Shown: positions 45,862 through 58,309, numbered from the stretch's first letter. The stretch: 64,000 nucleotides of DNA from a virus (IMGVR_UViG_3300037851_000865:93232-157231); one strand, 5' to 3'. A program made the numbers and translations. The notes: generated from the letters alone by a model not told the origin.

Positions 45862-46164
45862 TCAGCTGACCAGCGCCAGTGCCTGGTTGAGCTGCTTTTG
45901 GTTGTACTCCCGAACTCTGCTGGGCATTGCGAATGCCTCAAAGAACCCGCAGATTGCTGGAAGGAATGTCCAGCACAGCAGGATGTACACTACGCCCAGT
46001 CCGGTCCTACCCATGTAGAACTGGTGGCCTCCAAAGCCGCCAAGAAACAGAGCAAGGAGGACAGCTGTGGTGCTATCCTTTAGCTCAAGCGAGTTTGCGT
46101 ACATGAAGAACTTCTGGCGTTTCTCCTCAGGTAGACTCATTGCCATCATGTGAATGTCGTTCAT
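45862..46164 (-). CDS. TM2-domain membrane protein
   Basis: AVLLALFLGGFGGHQFYMGRTGLGVVYILLCWT. Confidence 0.88.
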   Translation of the reverse strand: MNDIHMMAMSLPEEKRQKFFMYANSLELKDSTTAVLLALFLGGFGGHQFYMGRTGLGVVYILLCWTFLPAICGFFEAFAMPSRVREYNQKQLNQALALVS

Positions 46165-46180
46165 TGTCTTTCTCTCCTTG

Positions 46181-46672
46181 TTATAGGCGTTTAGCCAGCT
46201 GTCGTATGTATTGCATCTTGCGTGCGACTTGCCCCGTGTACCGAACAGTTCCTCTGTCCTTCAGGTACGCTGCAACCGTCTCTGCAAAGTCTTCACCCGC
46301 AGAAGTCATGGCGTAGTGCGAAACGCAGTCCTCGTCGCGCACCTCTCTGTCGTTGTAGTCATGATGGCATCCAAACGCTCTTTCGAAGTCGGGGTCACCA
46401 ACCACCAAGTTAGTGCGATACGCCAGGCAGTGTGCAAACTCATGGCGTAGGAAGTACCGAATCCCTGAGACATACTTCGAGATGAGAATGGTGTTCCTGC
46501 CCCCGTAGAGGAAGGACCACCAAACATCTTGGTCGATGTATGCGCCTCCGTACCACAAGAGCTCAATCACTCCTGCGGTACGGACACGAACATCGGACAT
46601 CTCGTCGATGTATAGACCCGCGTTCTTGTACTCACGAAGCACGTCAGAAACTGCTCTCTGTAAGTCAGTCAT
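46181..46672 (-). CDS. zincin-type metallopeptidase
   Basis: LRHEFAH (HExxH), VSHYA..EDFAET; own phage promoter 46692-46718. Confidence 0.8.
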   Translation of the reverse strand: MTDLQRAVSDVLREYKNAGLYIDEMSDVRVRTAGVIELLWYGGAYIDQDVWWSFLYGGRNTILISKYVSGIRYFLRHEFAHCLAYRTNLVVGDPDFERAFGCHHDYNDREVRDEDCVSHYAMTSAGEDFAETVAAYLKDRGTVRYTGQVARKMQYIRQLAKRL

Positions 46673-46900
46673 CTAACTCCTTTCACACTTCTTATCCCTT
46701 ATCTTCGTGGTTGTTTGCTCCACAAGGAGTCTGCGCCATGCTCAAAAGCGTCGCCAACTCGCATTTGGACTTGTCGATGGTGCAGGTCAGGCACCGCTTG
46801 CTGGGCGGCATCTTATTGTCCAAGGGGCACACGATAACCGTTGTAGCTACTGTGTGCCCCTCTTCATCATTCTCGTAGAAGGTGATGAACTTGCCAGGTT

Positions 46901-47956
46901 TCATGCTTCCTCGAGTTTATGCGCACGCACTGCAATGGGGGCTGTCTCAGGCCCCTTCCAAAAAGGTTCTATGAACTGCCTTCTGCGGAGACTGTTCTTC
47001 GGGCCATACGTCTGGTTGCGCCAATGCCCGACAACCATGAACTGAACGTTGAGTCGCTTCCCCGTGCCGACCACATAGTCCTTCACGTCCTGGACGAAGG
47101 AGTGCTTGACGTCTGCGGTCAGGCGGTAGATGCGATTCTCGGTCGGGAGGGTTCCCGGCACCCTCCGTTGGTCGTGCGCTTTTCCCACATGCCGGATTGG
47201 TCTGGTTTCCCGGTCCCCTCCCTCCATGTAGAGGCAGACACCGATTATGAGCCGTTTCACCAACACAAGCACCCGCTGGTCCTCTTCCCTGACATCTGTG
47301 TCAAGCACACCACGCTCATTGCCTTCGTTCTCCTGTATCTCATCGCTTCCCAGCAGTTGAGGCAAAGAAGGCTGAAGGTGCCAGATGGCCGTTGCATCAC
47401 TGCTGTGCACCACAAACGCGAACCCAAGCATGGGCTCTTGTCCTTCCGGGGTAGCGTAGTGCCTCCCAACGCTGATGGTCTTCACCTTGCCGATGAGTTC
47501 GTCGGGCACCTTTATGGTGAAGGCGGGGAAGGGCAAAGACGCATCGGCCAACACCTCGGCAGACACCTTTGAGAGCACCAGCGACGCAGTGAGCTTGTGG
47601 CCCACCTCGACGACAGGCAACCCCGCCTCGATACAAGCTGCGTAGACACGAACCGCCATAGCGTTGCCCATTCCAGAGGACATCACAGTAGTGAGGAGCC
47701 TCGTCATGTCTGGCATGTCGTGCAGAATGTTCTTTGTCTCGTCCCCTGTTGCGTGTTTGAGTGCGAAGGCCTTCAGCTCCTCAGCGTGCTCAGTGCACGT
47801 CTGTGCGGCCAGTTTTCCCTCGTCTCTTTTGCCGTGAAGAAGGGTGGCGCCCTTCCAGAAGTCGCCCTCACCGGCTATCTGGAGAAGACGCCACCAAACA
47901 GCGGCGATGTCGTGCATGAACTTGGTGTTGTTCTCTAGTGCTTTCTTTGGGTCCAC
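46901..47956 (-). CDS. hypothetical phage protein
   Basis: C-terminal VVGHWRNQTYG..LRRRQFIEPFWKG motif. Confidence 0.7.
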   Translation of the reverse strand: MDPKKALENNTKFMHDIAAVWWRLLQIAGEGDFWKGATLLHGKRDEGKLAAQTCTEHAEELKAFALKHATGDETKNILHDMPDMTRLLTTVMSSGMGNAMAVRVYAACIEAGLPVVEVGHKLTASLVLSKVSAEVLADASLPFPAFTIKVPDELIGKVKTISVGRHYATPEGQEPMLGFAFVVHSSDATAIWHLQPSLPQLLGSDEIQENEGNERGVLDTDVREEDQRVLVLVKRLIIGVCLYMEGGDRETRPIRHVGKAHDQRRVPGTLPTENRIYRLTADVKHSFVQDVKDYVVGTGKRLNVQFMVVGHWRNQTYGPKNSLRRRQFIEPFWKGPETAPIAVRAHKLEEA

Positions 47957-47957
47957 A

Positions 47958-49395
47958 CTACTTTCCCTTCTTGGTGTGTTCGTCCATCAGGTTCACGATG
48001 CGAATAAGCTCCGCCGAAGAAGCCATCGCGCAGTTGAGGGCCACATGAAAACTGGCCCCGAGGGCAGCGGGGTTGTAGAGCTTGTTGGTCTCAAAAAACT
48101 CCTTCACAGAGTCTGCCGTGACAAACTCTGTCCTCACCACCGAGACGTGCTGCCCATCAATCAGCGCGGCCTCGGAGTAAGTAACCTCAAGCCCCGCAAC
48201 AGTGTGCTTGCCTGCTGGGTAGGGCATTATGCCCAGGAGCCTCCTAGTCATCGTTCAGTTCCTTCAAGATGTCTGGTGACACCTCGCCGTTGGTGACGAG
48301 TATCTTGGCGGCACGCTGTACGATGTCCTGGTGGGCATCCAGCCCAACTTCCAGCTTGGTGGCTTTGGCGAGTGCTTCCAGGGTGAGCTCTGCTCCTTTG
48401 GACACCGCAGAAGCTCCTTGGTTGAAGCCTGTGGTGTATCCCTGGTCGTAGGACAACCAACTGATAATCAGCGTAGACACAACCCACAGAATGAGTAGCG
48501 TCACGATGTCTCTCCTTGCGGTAGTCCTTTTGAGGACTCTACAAAGATGTGAAGAACAAATCCTCCTCCAGTTCCTGAATGAGGTGTCCTTTCATTCCTT
48601 TGTCTTCGTAGTCTCTCACTGCTCGTTCTCCTTCTTCCAAGCACGTACCAGCTCGTCTTTGTCGAGCTCCTCGACGTTTCCAACAACTAGGTCTTCACAG
48701 CCGCAGTTTCCGCAGCTCTCGGGTTCACCGCCTCGTGCGAACAGACGCATCTGTCCACACCCGTTGCAGAAATACTCTTTCATTCGTCACCCATCACTTT
48801 CTTGAGCTCTTCGACTGAGAGGGTTGAGCCCACGAGTACCTTGTGAAGCGCCTCTCTTGCGCTCTTCAGCTCCTTCTTGAGGCGACACACTGTGCAGTTA
48901 TGCGGTGCGTAGTGGGAATGGTTGCCTTGGTGCTCAAGGCAGTAGTGCTCTCCAGGTAATGCTCCCATGGAGCTTGTCTCCTTCTAGGCGCGAGGCGCCT
49001 CCTTGTGGTTATCTCTTTCGCTGTCGCTGATTTGCTCTCTAAAAAGAAACCCCCTAGTTGGGGGTCTCTCTTCTTGCTGCGGCTGCGCCGGCACAGCATG
49101 CCCTCCACTCATGGAGTAGGGGCATGATGCCAGCGATGGACAGACGGGCTCCATCTGCAAGTTCCTCGAGCTCTTCGAGAAACTCAGCTTTCCCGCTCAT
49201 ACTTACGATGCTGAGCGTCGTATCGATGAGGCTGAGGCACCCGTCAGTGCAGTGCACGAGTTCTGCGATTTCGCGCAGTACCTGCTCAGTTACCTTCTGC
49301 GGTGACCACAGCTCACGAATCTCATGAGCGTGGCGCTGCACGTGCAATACAGTACGTTCAACAGCTGCCTTTAGAATTTGTTGGTGTGGTTCCAT
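47958..49395 (-). other. run of small hypothetical ORFs (47958-48251, 48244-48504, 48616-48783, 48780-48968, 49054-49395)
   Basis: Coupled starts/stops, RBS, promoters at 49009-49035 and 49420-49446. Confidence 0.6.
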
Positions 49396-49547
49396 AGTGA
49401 TTCCTTTCCTTCACACTTCTTATGCCCGAAAGTTGTTCCTGTTTTCGGATACAAGAACAACGGACAGATACGTAGCTTGGTTTTTACTTCGCATGCGACT
49501 ATGATGTCTGGCGGGTAACACCCACTTCTGTTTTCAAAGGAATATAG

Positions 49548-50282
49548 ATGCTGAAAGAACTTGTTCTAGCGATTCTCATGTCAAACCGACCGTTCTATGG
49601 CGACACTGAGTCGTGGGACGAACGACAGGCACGCATGGAGATTGCTGCTGATGCGGTAGTAGAGGCGACGGATTACGTGACTTGTCACGAGCAGCCGGCG
49701 CCCTGCAAACATCGCTGGGGGAAGACACGAAAGGAGATAGCTATGTTACTGCTTACGCAGCTGCTCTTCGAGAGTGCCGGGTCGAAGCGTGTCTACGACA
49801 ACAAGTGTCTTCTTGAGAAAGGAGAGTGCGACGCATATCGCACAATTTTGTTAGGCGAAGATGCACTCGAGAAAGCAGAGCTGCAGTACAAGAACTGGGT
49901 GCTCATCAGGCTCCTTCCGGACAACAAGGACAGCACGAAGATTCGTGGCGCCTATGTGGCGGTTCAGCGCGCCTACTCGTTCTGGCAGCTCCACAAAGCA
50001 AACGACATCTCTGAGGAAGATTGGAGCGTGATTGCCGAGGGAGGCCCTGAAGCAACAAGAGTAGCCGCCAGGGTAGCCGCACTTCGTCTCAGCTCTGCGT
50101 ACGCAGGGTGCGGGACTATCGAGGGTGCGATTGGGCGGTATGCTCGTGGCAGTCTTTGCTACGCAGGGGAGCCGCAGCAACGCCGCGCTCAGCTGATGTA
50201 CAAGATGATGGGCGAGCCGCTCTCAGAAGTTCAGCGGCGTGTCGAACGTCGCAAGAAAGAAAGCGAGGCCAAGCATGACTGA
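49548..50282 (+). CDS. putative lysozyme-like / lytic transglycosylase
   Basis: Hydrophobic N-terminus; helix ending in FES (putative catalytic Glu), SFWQLH, GAIGRYA. Confidence 0.45.
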   Translation: MLKELVLAILMSNRPFYGDTESWDERQARMEIAADAVVEATDYVTCHEQPAPCKHRWGKTRKEIAMLLLTQLLFESAGSKRVYDNKCLLEKGECDAYRTILLGEDALEKAELQYKNWVLIRLLPDNKDSTKIRGAYVAVQRAYSFWQLHKANDISEEDWSVIAEGGPEATRVAARVAALRLSSAYAGCGTIEGAIGRYARGSLCYAGEPQQRRAQLMYKMMGEPLSEVQRRVERRKKESEAKHD

Positions 50283-50696
50283 TGAGTTGCTGCTTGGGAC
50301 GAGTGACGAAGCGGTTTTTAGAGGTGTTGAACCAGGCGTCGTTACTGTCATGGCCGGCAACCACACGGTCACACTATGCCCTGATGGCAGCTTTTTGGTA
50401 GACGGTGAGCTGGTGAACGCTGACGATAAAGAGCGTGGTGTGAAGCTGTACGCAGCCTTTCTCAAGTTACTGAACGTCTTCTGACCAGGCGCTAAGTGAA
50501 GTACACTGACCCTGCCTCTTCGGAGGTGGGGTTTTCTCTTTTCAGGCGGTAGCTATGCCATACAACATCGTTCGAAAAAAAGACAAAGCAGTACTGTGCG
50601 TGTGCCCATCCAAAAAGTCGGCAAACAAGATGGTTCAAGCCATGGCGCTGGAGGACGTAGACATCGTTTCTGTGAAGGAGCGGAGAAAGAGGAAGG

Positions 50697-50924
50697 ATGA
50701 GTACGATGCGTGAGGAAGACGATGAGCCTGATGATTGCGAGAGCTGCATGGGTACAGGCATTGGCGACCCCCACGCAGACACACGCTGCTCCGTGTGCGG
50801 TGGCAAAGGATATGTTCTCGAAGAACGAGACGAGGAACCTGATGAACCAGACCTCGATTACGACAACCCAGACGACGATTTCGCCTACGACCCGTTTGAA
50901 TACGGGGACAGAAAGTACGACTAG
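50697..50924 (+). CDS. DnaJ-type zinc-finger microprotein
   Basis: CESCMGTG and CSVCGGKG. Confidence 0.65.
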   Translation: MSTMREEDDEPDDCESCMGTGIGDPHADTRCSVCGGKGYVLEERDEEPDEPDLDYDNPDDDFAYDPFEYGDRKYD

Positions 50925-51677
50925 ATGAACATACGAGAAGCAACACGCATCGCCTCGGAGCTGTGCGACAAAGACCACGAAGAACTAAAGATGTACCTGA
51001 ACAACAGGGACTACGCCCATAACGACGTGCAGTCGCTCATCTTCTACTGCCGCCACCTACGCGCCCAGGTCACTGTCTTGAAGCATCAAGTCGAGCGTTT
51101 CCAGAAAGACGCGCTCATCGACTCAGACCTGATTCCCTTGAGGGAGGACACGGAGCTCATGGCCTTCGTGCTGTCTGTCTACAACGAGGTGGAGAGGGCG
51201 AGGCAGAAGCACCCTGACTGCCACCTGACCGCCATCGCCGAGGAGGTGGGTGAGGTCGCCAGGGCCCTTCAGGACGAACCCCTCGAGAACATCCGCAAGG
51301 AGTGCATCCAGCTCGCCTGTACGGCCGCCAGGGTGGCCATTGAGGGCGACCCGACCATGGACCCCTACCGGGTCTCCAAGGGGCTGGAACCCACCCATCA
51401 GCCTTCCTTCGACTTCAACCAACCGCTCGTCATCACAGGCCCTGAGGACGATGTCATCAAGGCCGTAGCGGCTGACAAGCTTGCTGCAACATTCAAGGAG
51501 GCTGTGACGTTGATACACCAGTACGGCGGTGTAGACGGAGCGCATCACAAGCAGTGGCTACTGGACCAGGTGGTTAGAACTCTGATGGGCGACCGCTATC
51601 AGGCTTGGGTTGAAGCCTTCTGCAAGGGAGAAGACGGCCCAGACACCTACGCGTGGGACGAAGGAAGGGCTCCATGA
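50925..51677 (+). CDS. MazG-like NTP pyrophosphohydrolase domain protein
   Basis: IAEEVGEVARAL...IRKECIQLAC. Confidence 0.65.
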   Translation: MNIREATRIASELCDKDHEELKMYLNNRDYAHNDVQSLIFYCRHLRAQVTVLKHQVERFQKDALIDSDLIPLREDTELMAFVLSVYNEVERARQKHPDCHLTAIAEEVGEVARALQDEPLENIRKECIQLACTAARVAIEGDPTMDPYRVSKGLEPTHQPSFDFNQPLVITGPEDDVIKAVAADKLAATFKEAVTLIHQYGGVDGAHHKQWLLDQVVRTLMGDRYQAWVEAFCKGEDGPDTYAWDEGRAP

Positions 51678-54600
51678 GCAAGTTCCCGCTCAAGATGCTG
51701 CCTGGGCAGACGCCCTACACCCATGAAGAAGAAGCGCGCCTGTACAAGCTCGTACTGGCGGCAGCTCTTGAAGACCCCGGCGAAGCAGCTGAGGTCTACG
51801 GAGAGGTGCCGGCCGACTACGAAGCCCGCTGTAAGGAGAAGAAGTGAAATCCCTCGGAAAACTGCTTTTAGTGCTGGTGATGTTTCTAGCGGCGATAGCG
51901 GCCATCCTACTTGTGGAGGAACGGGAGAAGGCAAGGCAGCAAGCTGCTCTTTGTGCTGAGCTGAAGAAGAGCACAAGCGACCTGTACATCCTTCACAACG
52001 ACAGGTGCTACATGCTCTTCCACGAAAAGCTGATAAGGGTGCAGAGATGATACTTCTAAACGACCGGGAGATGCTTGTGTGCGGCTTGCGCTTCAAGTTG
52101 CGCAACAAAGATGACAGTTGGCAGGAGTGGCGTGGCGGCCGCGGCGACCACACTCACCTCTACTTCAGGCCAAAGGCCAAGAAGAGGCGGTGGCTTACCA
52201 AGGACCCCACAGCAACTGTGCACTCGGATGCTCTTCTATCAGGGGAGACGCCTGAGGAGGTGCTGGCGAAAGCTAGAGCGAAGGTGCTGCAGATTGCAGC
52301 AAGGCATATCAAAAATGCGGCTCGGTGGTACGGGGTCGAGGAGAAGACACGATGAGCAAGCAAGAGGAACCTACCAAAAAGTTCAAGTACTACATCACCG
52401 ACCTGTTCGACGGCTCCATCGTCGGCACCAACGACGAGACAAAGGCTCGTGACTACACCGTCAGTGACGACCATTTTGTCGTCGACGCAGAGCGTGGTGT
52501 CTGGCTTCTCTCGGACGAAGAGGTGCCGGTAAAGGACCTGGACGGAGAATGACCGAGAGTGAGAAGCGTGTGTGGGAGGCGGCCTTCGTGGCCGCCTTTT
52601 TTCAAGAGCGCGACTTTCTCAAGCGGCACAACATCGACAGAGAGCCCAACGGTTTTTCTTGCGCCGAGATAGCCGACTCATGCCTGCTCGCGCTGCGTGA
52701 AGGTCTGACCTGCGACGACGCAAAGTACCTCGAGGCGCATCCGTTCATTGAAGTGTCAGAAGGGTAGGAAATCAGGCATAAGCGCTGTGACGGGACTGCA
52801 CATCCCTAGAACAGACGAATAGGAGATGAGTGAAAATGAGTTTTTGGAACACATATCTAATCGGCGTCTCGTGCGGCATGTGGTTCGTGTCGTCCCTCAG
52901 GTTGTTCTTTGACATGCGAGATTGGAGCAAGCGGCAGAAGGCCGCAGGGAAGAACTGCTCCTACGCAGAACCTAAAGCGAGGTGTAGTGGGGCGGCGACG
53001 GCAGAGCCGGAGCCTGGCATTAAAGTCGCGCATGACTATGTGTGGCACTTCGTCGAGACACCTGACGGTTGGTTTGTTGACACATTGGACGGGCGGGTGG
53101 CCATTGCAGTAAACGAGGCAGATGCACACCGGAACCCAATCGTACTTGTCCTCCGCTCTTACTTCGACTCGGTTGGCGTGGATTGGAGGACGAGGTGACC
53201 GACCGCAGAATCCACATGAGCATGCTGAGCCCCTGTTTCGACGTTGGCTCTACCAGCTCTCCAATGCTTGCCGTAGGTCCGGCATCCCTCAACAACATGA
53301 TTGGGATAGCCAATAACTGGATACAGCAATCGGAAGAACGCGAGACCAAGAAGGACGCGAGAATCGCTGAGCTAGAGGCGTCGCTTGAGTACGACACAGA
53401 GCTTCTCACGAAGACCGCTGTCGAGCGCATATCAGTCCTAGAGGCAGAGAAAGTGGCACTGCAAAAACGCGCCGACGACTTCGAGACGCTCTACAAGGGC
53501 TACGCCTCACAGGTGAACGAGACACGTCGAGTGCTGCGGGAAGCGGGCATTCGAAACGGCGACCACCCCGATGACCCCCGACCTCTGTGGGAGATGGCCA
53601 AAGAGCTGGCAGAAAAGAAGAAGGAGATAACATGAAGGGTTTTGACCGCAAGTTCTTCACAGAGCGTGAGAAGACGCGCATCCACGACGACACCGTAGAC
53701 ACCAGCATGTCAATGGCTGAGCTCAACAAGGAGCTGACCAGCTACGGCGTTGATGTGCCCATCACGGAGGATATGCCTGACAGACACCTGTGTCTGCTGG
53801 CTGTGTATGAGTACACGAGGCTCGGTATCCCAGCCCCTTTGCTGGATGAGCTGCTGCGGCGCATTCAACACCCACCCATTCAGGCAGGCGCTGAGCCGAC
53901 CACAATAGAAGAGCACAATAAGTTGCTCGAAGATGCCGTTCCGTACACAGAGGGGGCGGCGACTTACAAGAAGTTGCCAGGGAACTTTCTCTACATCTTG
54001 AACCAACGTACCGGTAAGTACGAGTTCTGCGGGGGCTACACGGTCGAGCCTAAGGGACGGAAGTCGTGAAAGTCACCATTGAGTTCGAGACAGACAACGA
54101 TGCCTTCCAAGGAAGGATGCTCCAAGGCGAGGTCATCAAAGTCCTCTACCAAGCACAGGAGAAGATTGGGAAGATGGCTGTGTTCAAGACAGAGGAGATG
54201 GAGATGAAGCTCAGGGACTCCAACGGCAACACGGTCGGATATGTGAGGGTGACAAAATGAGCACAGTCATCGCGAAGTTTGAGGGCTTGGCCGCATCAGG
54301 GTTTCACACACTGGACTGTGAACTCGTGGAGGAGGGCGACAACATCCATCTGGAGTACGTCATCGTCGCCCCCTTCACCTCGCGAGGTGAACGTCGTCGT
54401 CAGACATGGTGCTGGAGTACGGACTACCCGAAGGACCGATTGCTGCGTGAGGCCCGCGCAGAAGCGGACAAGCTCTCCAGCGCGATGTGGGGAGAATGAC
54501 AATGGCGGCACCTCGCATTCTCAAAATCACTCGGTGCGGACAGTGCCCGCACGGTGAGACGTTCATGGATGGCCGTTCCATCGGCCTCAGGTGTGCGCTG

Positions 54601-56323
54601 GTTGAGCGCCCATTCGAGCGCGACCGAGGTAGTGCGACCTATCCGAACCCGATGCCAGAGTGGTGTCCGCTACCGAAGGAGCAAGAGTCGAAATGAACCA
54701 TTACGAGATGTGGAGGCAAACATTATGAACAGGATGACCCCGGCACAGAGGGCGCGCAACGAGTACATCAAGGGCACCTTCGTTGCCAAGATGAGTTGGT
54801 GGATGGCCCACTGCGAGAAGTGCCAGAAAGAGACTCCTCACATGGACGCCATCGGAGGCAGGTGCGAGTTCTGCCGGAAGAAGGAGATGGAGAATGGGTG
54901 AGTACAGCATTGTGCACGAAGGCGGACGTGGTGTTGAGCGGCACTCTCGTCTGGGAGGCGCCCTGCAAGCGTACTGGGTCCTCGTTGCGCACGAGCTCAA
55001 GAACGGGCGAGAACCCAAGTACGAGTTACGTGGACCAGACGACGAGGTAATGACAGCTCCTCTTCTCCTCGAAGCAGAGCTCTACAGCTGGCAGATTCCT
55101 GTCCTGAAAGAACGCGGCCTGATTGCCGAGAAGGAGACGACAGATGGATATTAAGTGCGCATCCTGCGGAGAGCCGTGGGACACCTACCACCTCAGGCAC
55201 GATGAGGTGCATGAGACAGACGCCGGACAGACCTGGATTGACTTCAGGCTCGACGAAGAGGAGTGGGACAAGAAGATGTGCCAGTTTGGCGGTCTCAGCA
55301 GGGAGTCCGCCATTGCTGCTTGTGGGCCAGGCCCCCAGACCCCCAACATTGAGAGCTGGCAAGGACACCTGACACTGTTCTGGCGAGAGCAGTTCGCCAA
55401 GAGGGGCTGGCAGTTCGGTACAGGCATTACGTCAGTGTTGCGCTGTCCTTGCTGCAAGCCCGACAATCAGCTCGAGAACGCCGAGGCCAGGCGGGACAAC
55501 GTACAGGCCCTGTCGGAGCTCCTAGAGGGCGACGAGGATGGGCAAGCGGCCGACAACGAATTGGCACTGGAGTACGCTGGTGGCTAAAAAGCACATCCCA
55601 CTTGAGACGCTTCGGCGTATCAGGACTGCGCTGATTACCGAAGTAGCACACCGCCGCTGGCGCCACATCCGTACCAAAAAGGTTTACTACGTCAGTGACA
55701 TTGTGTTCATCCATGACGAGGTCGGGCTGAGCGCGTCTGTGGTGTACCACGAAGCAGGTGTGCCGTTTTCCGCGGAGGCGCCGCTGGTCATGAAGTCACG
55801 CGAGTTCTTGTCGAAGTTCATAGAGGTAAAGGAAGAAGATGGCTGAGAAGACCAACAAGGAAGGCTTGACCTTCGAAGAGTGGGTGTGTGCTGCTGGTGT
55901 GGCGGTTTTCTGTGACGACAGAGTGCGTCCGTACACCAGCAGTTACACCTCCTACAAGTCTGTGGCGCTCCAGCGCCCCAAACATCTCCCGAACGTGGTG
56001 ACGCTGGTCTTCGGGACCAGTCGTCGTGCGGGGCCCGTTAAAGCGGTGAAGAACACAACAGTGTTCTACTCAAAGAAAATCCGGCAGGCATTCCTAGCTG
56101 GAGAAGACCCAACAGAGTGGAGGGCCTGATGGAGGTACTAAGAGAAGGCAAGACGGTAGAAAAGAAAAAGGCAGAGTTTGAGTGCGGTAACTGCAAGTCA
56201 CTGCTTAGGGCAGCGTTCGATGAAGGCACACTTCATCAGGACCAGCGTGACGGGGATTACGTATTGTTCAAGTGTCCGGTTTGCTCAGGACGTATCTACA
56301 TAGATGCGAGGAAGTTCAAATGA
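51674..56323 (+). other. dense array of ~20 coupled small hypothetical ORFs, several with Zn-ribbons
   Basis: ATGA/GTGA overlaps and GGAG RBS throughout. Confidence 0.7.
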
Positions 56324-56865
56324 GAATCTTCTTCGACACCGAGTTCTATGAAGACGGCAAGACCATCGACCTGATGAGTATCGGGATGGTCCGTGAGGAC
56401 GGCGAGCAGCTATACCTCATCAACAAAGAATGTGACTGGCGTAAGCCGTTCAACGACGACTGGCACAGGTCCACTACTCTGCCCACCATCCTGCCGTACA
56501 TCACAGGGCCTCAAGCTCTGACAAGGGAGCAGATAGCTAGACGCATTCTCATCTTTACCGGCTCCCTAACAGAAATCAAAAGTGGTACGTTTGCGCCCGC
56601 GTATCCAGCTCCCCGCCTAGAGTTCTGGGCCTACCACGCTGACTACGATTGGGTGGTCTTGTGTCAGCTCTTCGGGCGCATGATTGACTTGCCGAACGGC
56701 TTCCCCAAATATTGCCGTGACTTCAAGCAGCTGCTCGATGAGCACGACTTCGTCATTGTTAGGCCGGGACTGGGTGCGCATAATGCCCTGGCAGATGCGC
56801 TATGGCTCAAGCGTGAGTACGACTCGTGGATGCGGCAACGTGACCCGACGCCCACGACCGCCTAG
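56320..56865 (+). CDS. DEDDh 3'-5' exonuclease (RNase AS / Rv2179c-like)
   Basis: IFFDTEF..IDLMSIGMV, FWAY..DYDWV..CQLFG, HNALADA. Confidence 0.88.
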   Translation: MRIFFDTEFYEDGKTIDLMSIGMVREDGEQLYLINKECDWRKPFNDDWHRSTTLPTILPYITGPQALTREQIARRILIFTGSLTEIKSGTFAPAYPAPRLEFWAYHADYDWVVLCQLFGRMIDLPNGFPKYCRDFKQLLDEHDFVIVRPGLGAHNALADALWLKREYDSWMRQRDPTPTTA

Positions 56866-56880
56866 GCGAGGGCCTATGAG

Positions 56881-56937
56881 AGAGCTCCCTTCGGGGAGCT
56901 TTTTCTTAGCTAGAGAAAAGGGAACCGAAGCCCCCTT
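56881..56937. terminator. back-to-back terminators sharing TAGCTA
   Basis: AGCTCCC-TTCG-GGGAGCT-TTTTCTTAGC (+) and a hairpin-TTTTCTCTAGC (-). Confidence 0.8.
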
Positions 56938-56943
56938 GTATGC

Positions 56944-57504
56944 TTAGTTGGGCATGCTCCTTACCTTCTTGTAGTAGCTGAGCTGGCTGCCCGCATGGGA
57001 AGCCCCGAGACCAAGCTGGTCCTTGAGCTCAAGGAAGTCTTTGGCCAGTTGTGCGTGCGCCGCGCCGAGTTGCGCCACGACAGCGTGTGACTTAGCGGCG
57101 TCTTGTTGTGCCGCAGCCAGGCGCTCCTCCAGGACACCAGTATGAGTTCGCACAGCATTGCTCTTGATGAACTGGACGAATTGCTTGCGCATGTCCTTGC
57201 CGACTTCCGTACGGGACAACGTCAAGAAGAGGATGAAATCACCCTCCGTCAAGATGAGCATGTCCTTGCGGGCGCGTTCGACAAGCAGCCGGTCCTTGTT
57301 CTGCTGGATGAACTCGTTAGCAACACGAACTGTTGTGCTAAGCTCGAATTCGTCTCGGTGCCGGTGAAACAGCGCAGACATGTGCTGCTGACTGAGGCCG
57401 AGCACTGCCTGCGCGGTCTTGGCGAGTACGAACAAGTTGCCCTGCTCGTCCTCAATCATGGGGATGGTGATTTGGTCGTTGTAGTTCCAATCGATAATGT
57501 TCAT
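56944..57504 (-). CDS. antirepressor-like (Bro-N/ORF6N-like) DNA-binding protein
   Basis: LFHRHRDEF, ILTEGD..LSRTEVGKDMRKQF plus coiled coil; promoter 57559-57585. Confidence 0.6.
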   Translation of the reverse strand: MNIIDWNYNDQITIPMIEDEQGNLFVLAKTAQAVLGLSQQHMSALFHRHRDEFELSTTVRVANEFIQQNKDRLLVERARKDMLILTEGDFILFLTLSRTEVGKDMRKQFVQFIKSNAVRTHTGVLEERLAAAQQDAAKSHAVVAQLGAAHAQLAKDFLELKDQLGLGASHAGSQLSYYKKVRSMPN

Positions 57505-57628
57505 TCAAACCTCCGGAGATAAAAGAAAAAGGAGAGGTAAAACCTCTCCTTCTTTTCCTTATCCCCAGAAGTAGCCAGGAATTGCAGGCTAGAGAAAAGA
57601 GAGCCGAAGCTCTCTCTTCAATGCCTTG

Positions 57629-58309
57629 TCAAGGCGTGACGTCGAGACAGATGGCGAATGTGGCTCTTGCTCCTGCTCCAGAGCTTGACCAACGACATCC
57701 CCAACCCCAGTCAAGGTTTGCGTTCTGCAGGGGGTACGACGTCACTATGCTGTAGTTGCCTCCTGATGCTTGCAAGCACCCACCACTAAGCACCACGTCA
57801 TTCGGCTGACAGAAAGCGGTACCGCTTGTGCTGTTGATGCTTGTATTGTCCGCCACCTGGTAGATGGTGTTCTTGTCTACCACGCCAGCATCGCCCTTCA
57901 AGCCTTGCGGCCCAATAGGCCCAGCAGGACCAACAATAGAAGCGCCGGCAGGCCCCATTGGGCCCATAGGTCCAACCGCGCCAGTAGCTCCAGTCAATCC
58001 AGTAGCGCCCATAGGTCCAGGGGTGCCGCCTTCGAGAGTGGCGCTGGTGCCGTCCGTGCAGTTGACGGTCGCGTTGTCACCGACCTGTGTGACCGAGCAC
58101 GAACTACCGTTGAGTCCATTCACGCCGGGCAATCCAGGTGCGCCCGCAGGGCAGACGGTCATACACGAGTCCGTGTTGTTAGGCTGATAGCCGGGACCTT
58201 CCATGGCGGAAGTACCGCCGGTCGAAGAGCCAACGCTGCCGGTGGTGCTACCAGGAGCACCACATGCCGTGGACAAAAGAACAGAGATAATGAGTACAAT
58301 CTTTTTCAT
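57629..58309 (-). CDS. collagen-like lipoprotein
   Basis: Lipobox LSTA/C; Gly-X-Y runs; Cys-rich C-terminal domain (VVLSGGC); own promoter and terminator. Confidence 0.85.
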   Translation of the reverse strand: MKKIVLIISVLLSTACGAPGSTTGSVGSSTGGTSAMEGPGYQPNNTDSCMTVCPAGAPGLPGVNGLNGSSCSVTQVGDNATVNCTDGTSATLEGGTPGPMGATGLTGATGAVGPMGPMGPAGASIVGPAGPIGPQGLKGDAGVVDKNTIYQVADNTSINSTSGTAFCQPNDVVLSGGCLQASGGNYSIVTSYPLQNANLDWGWGCRWSSSGAGARATFAICLDVTP

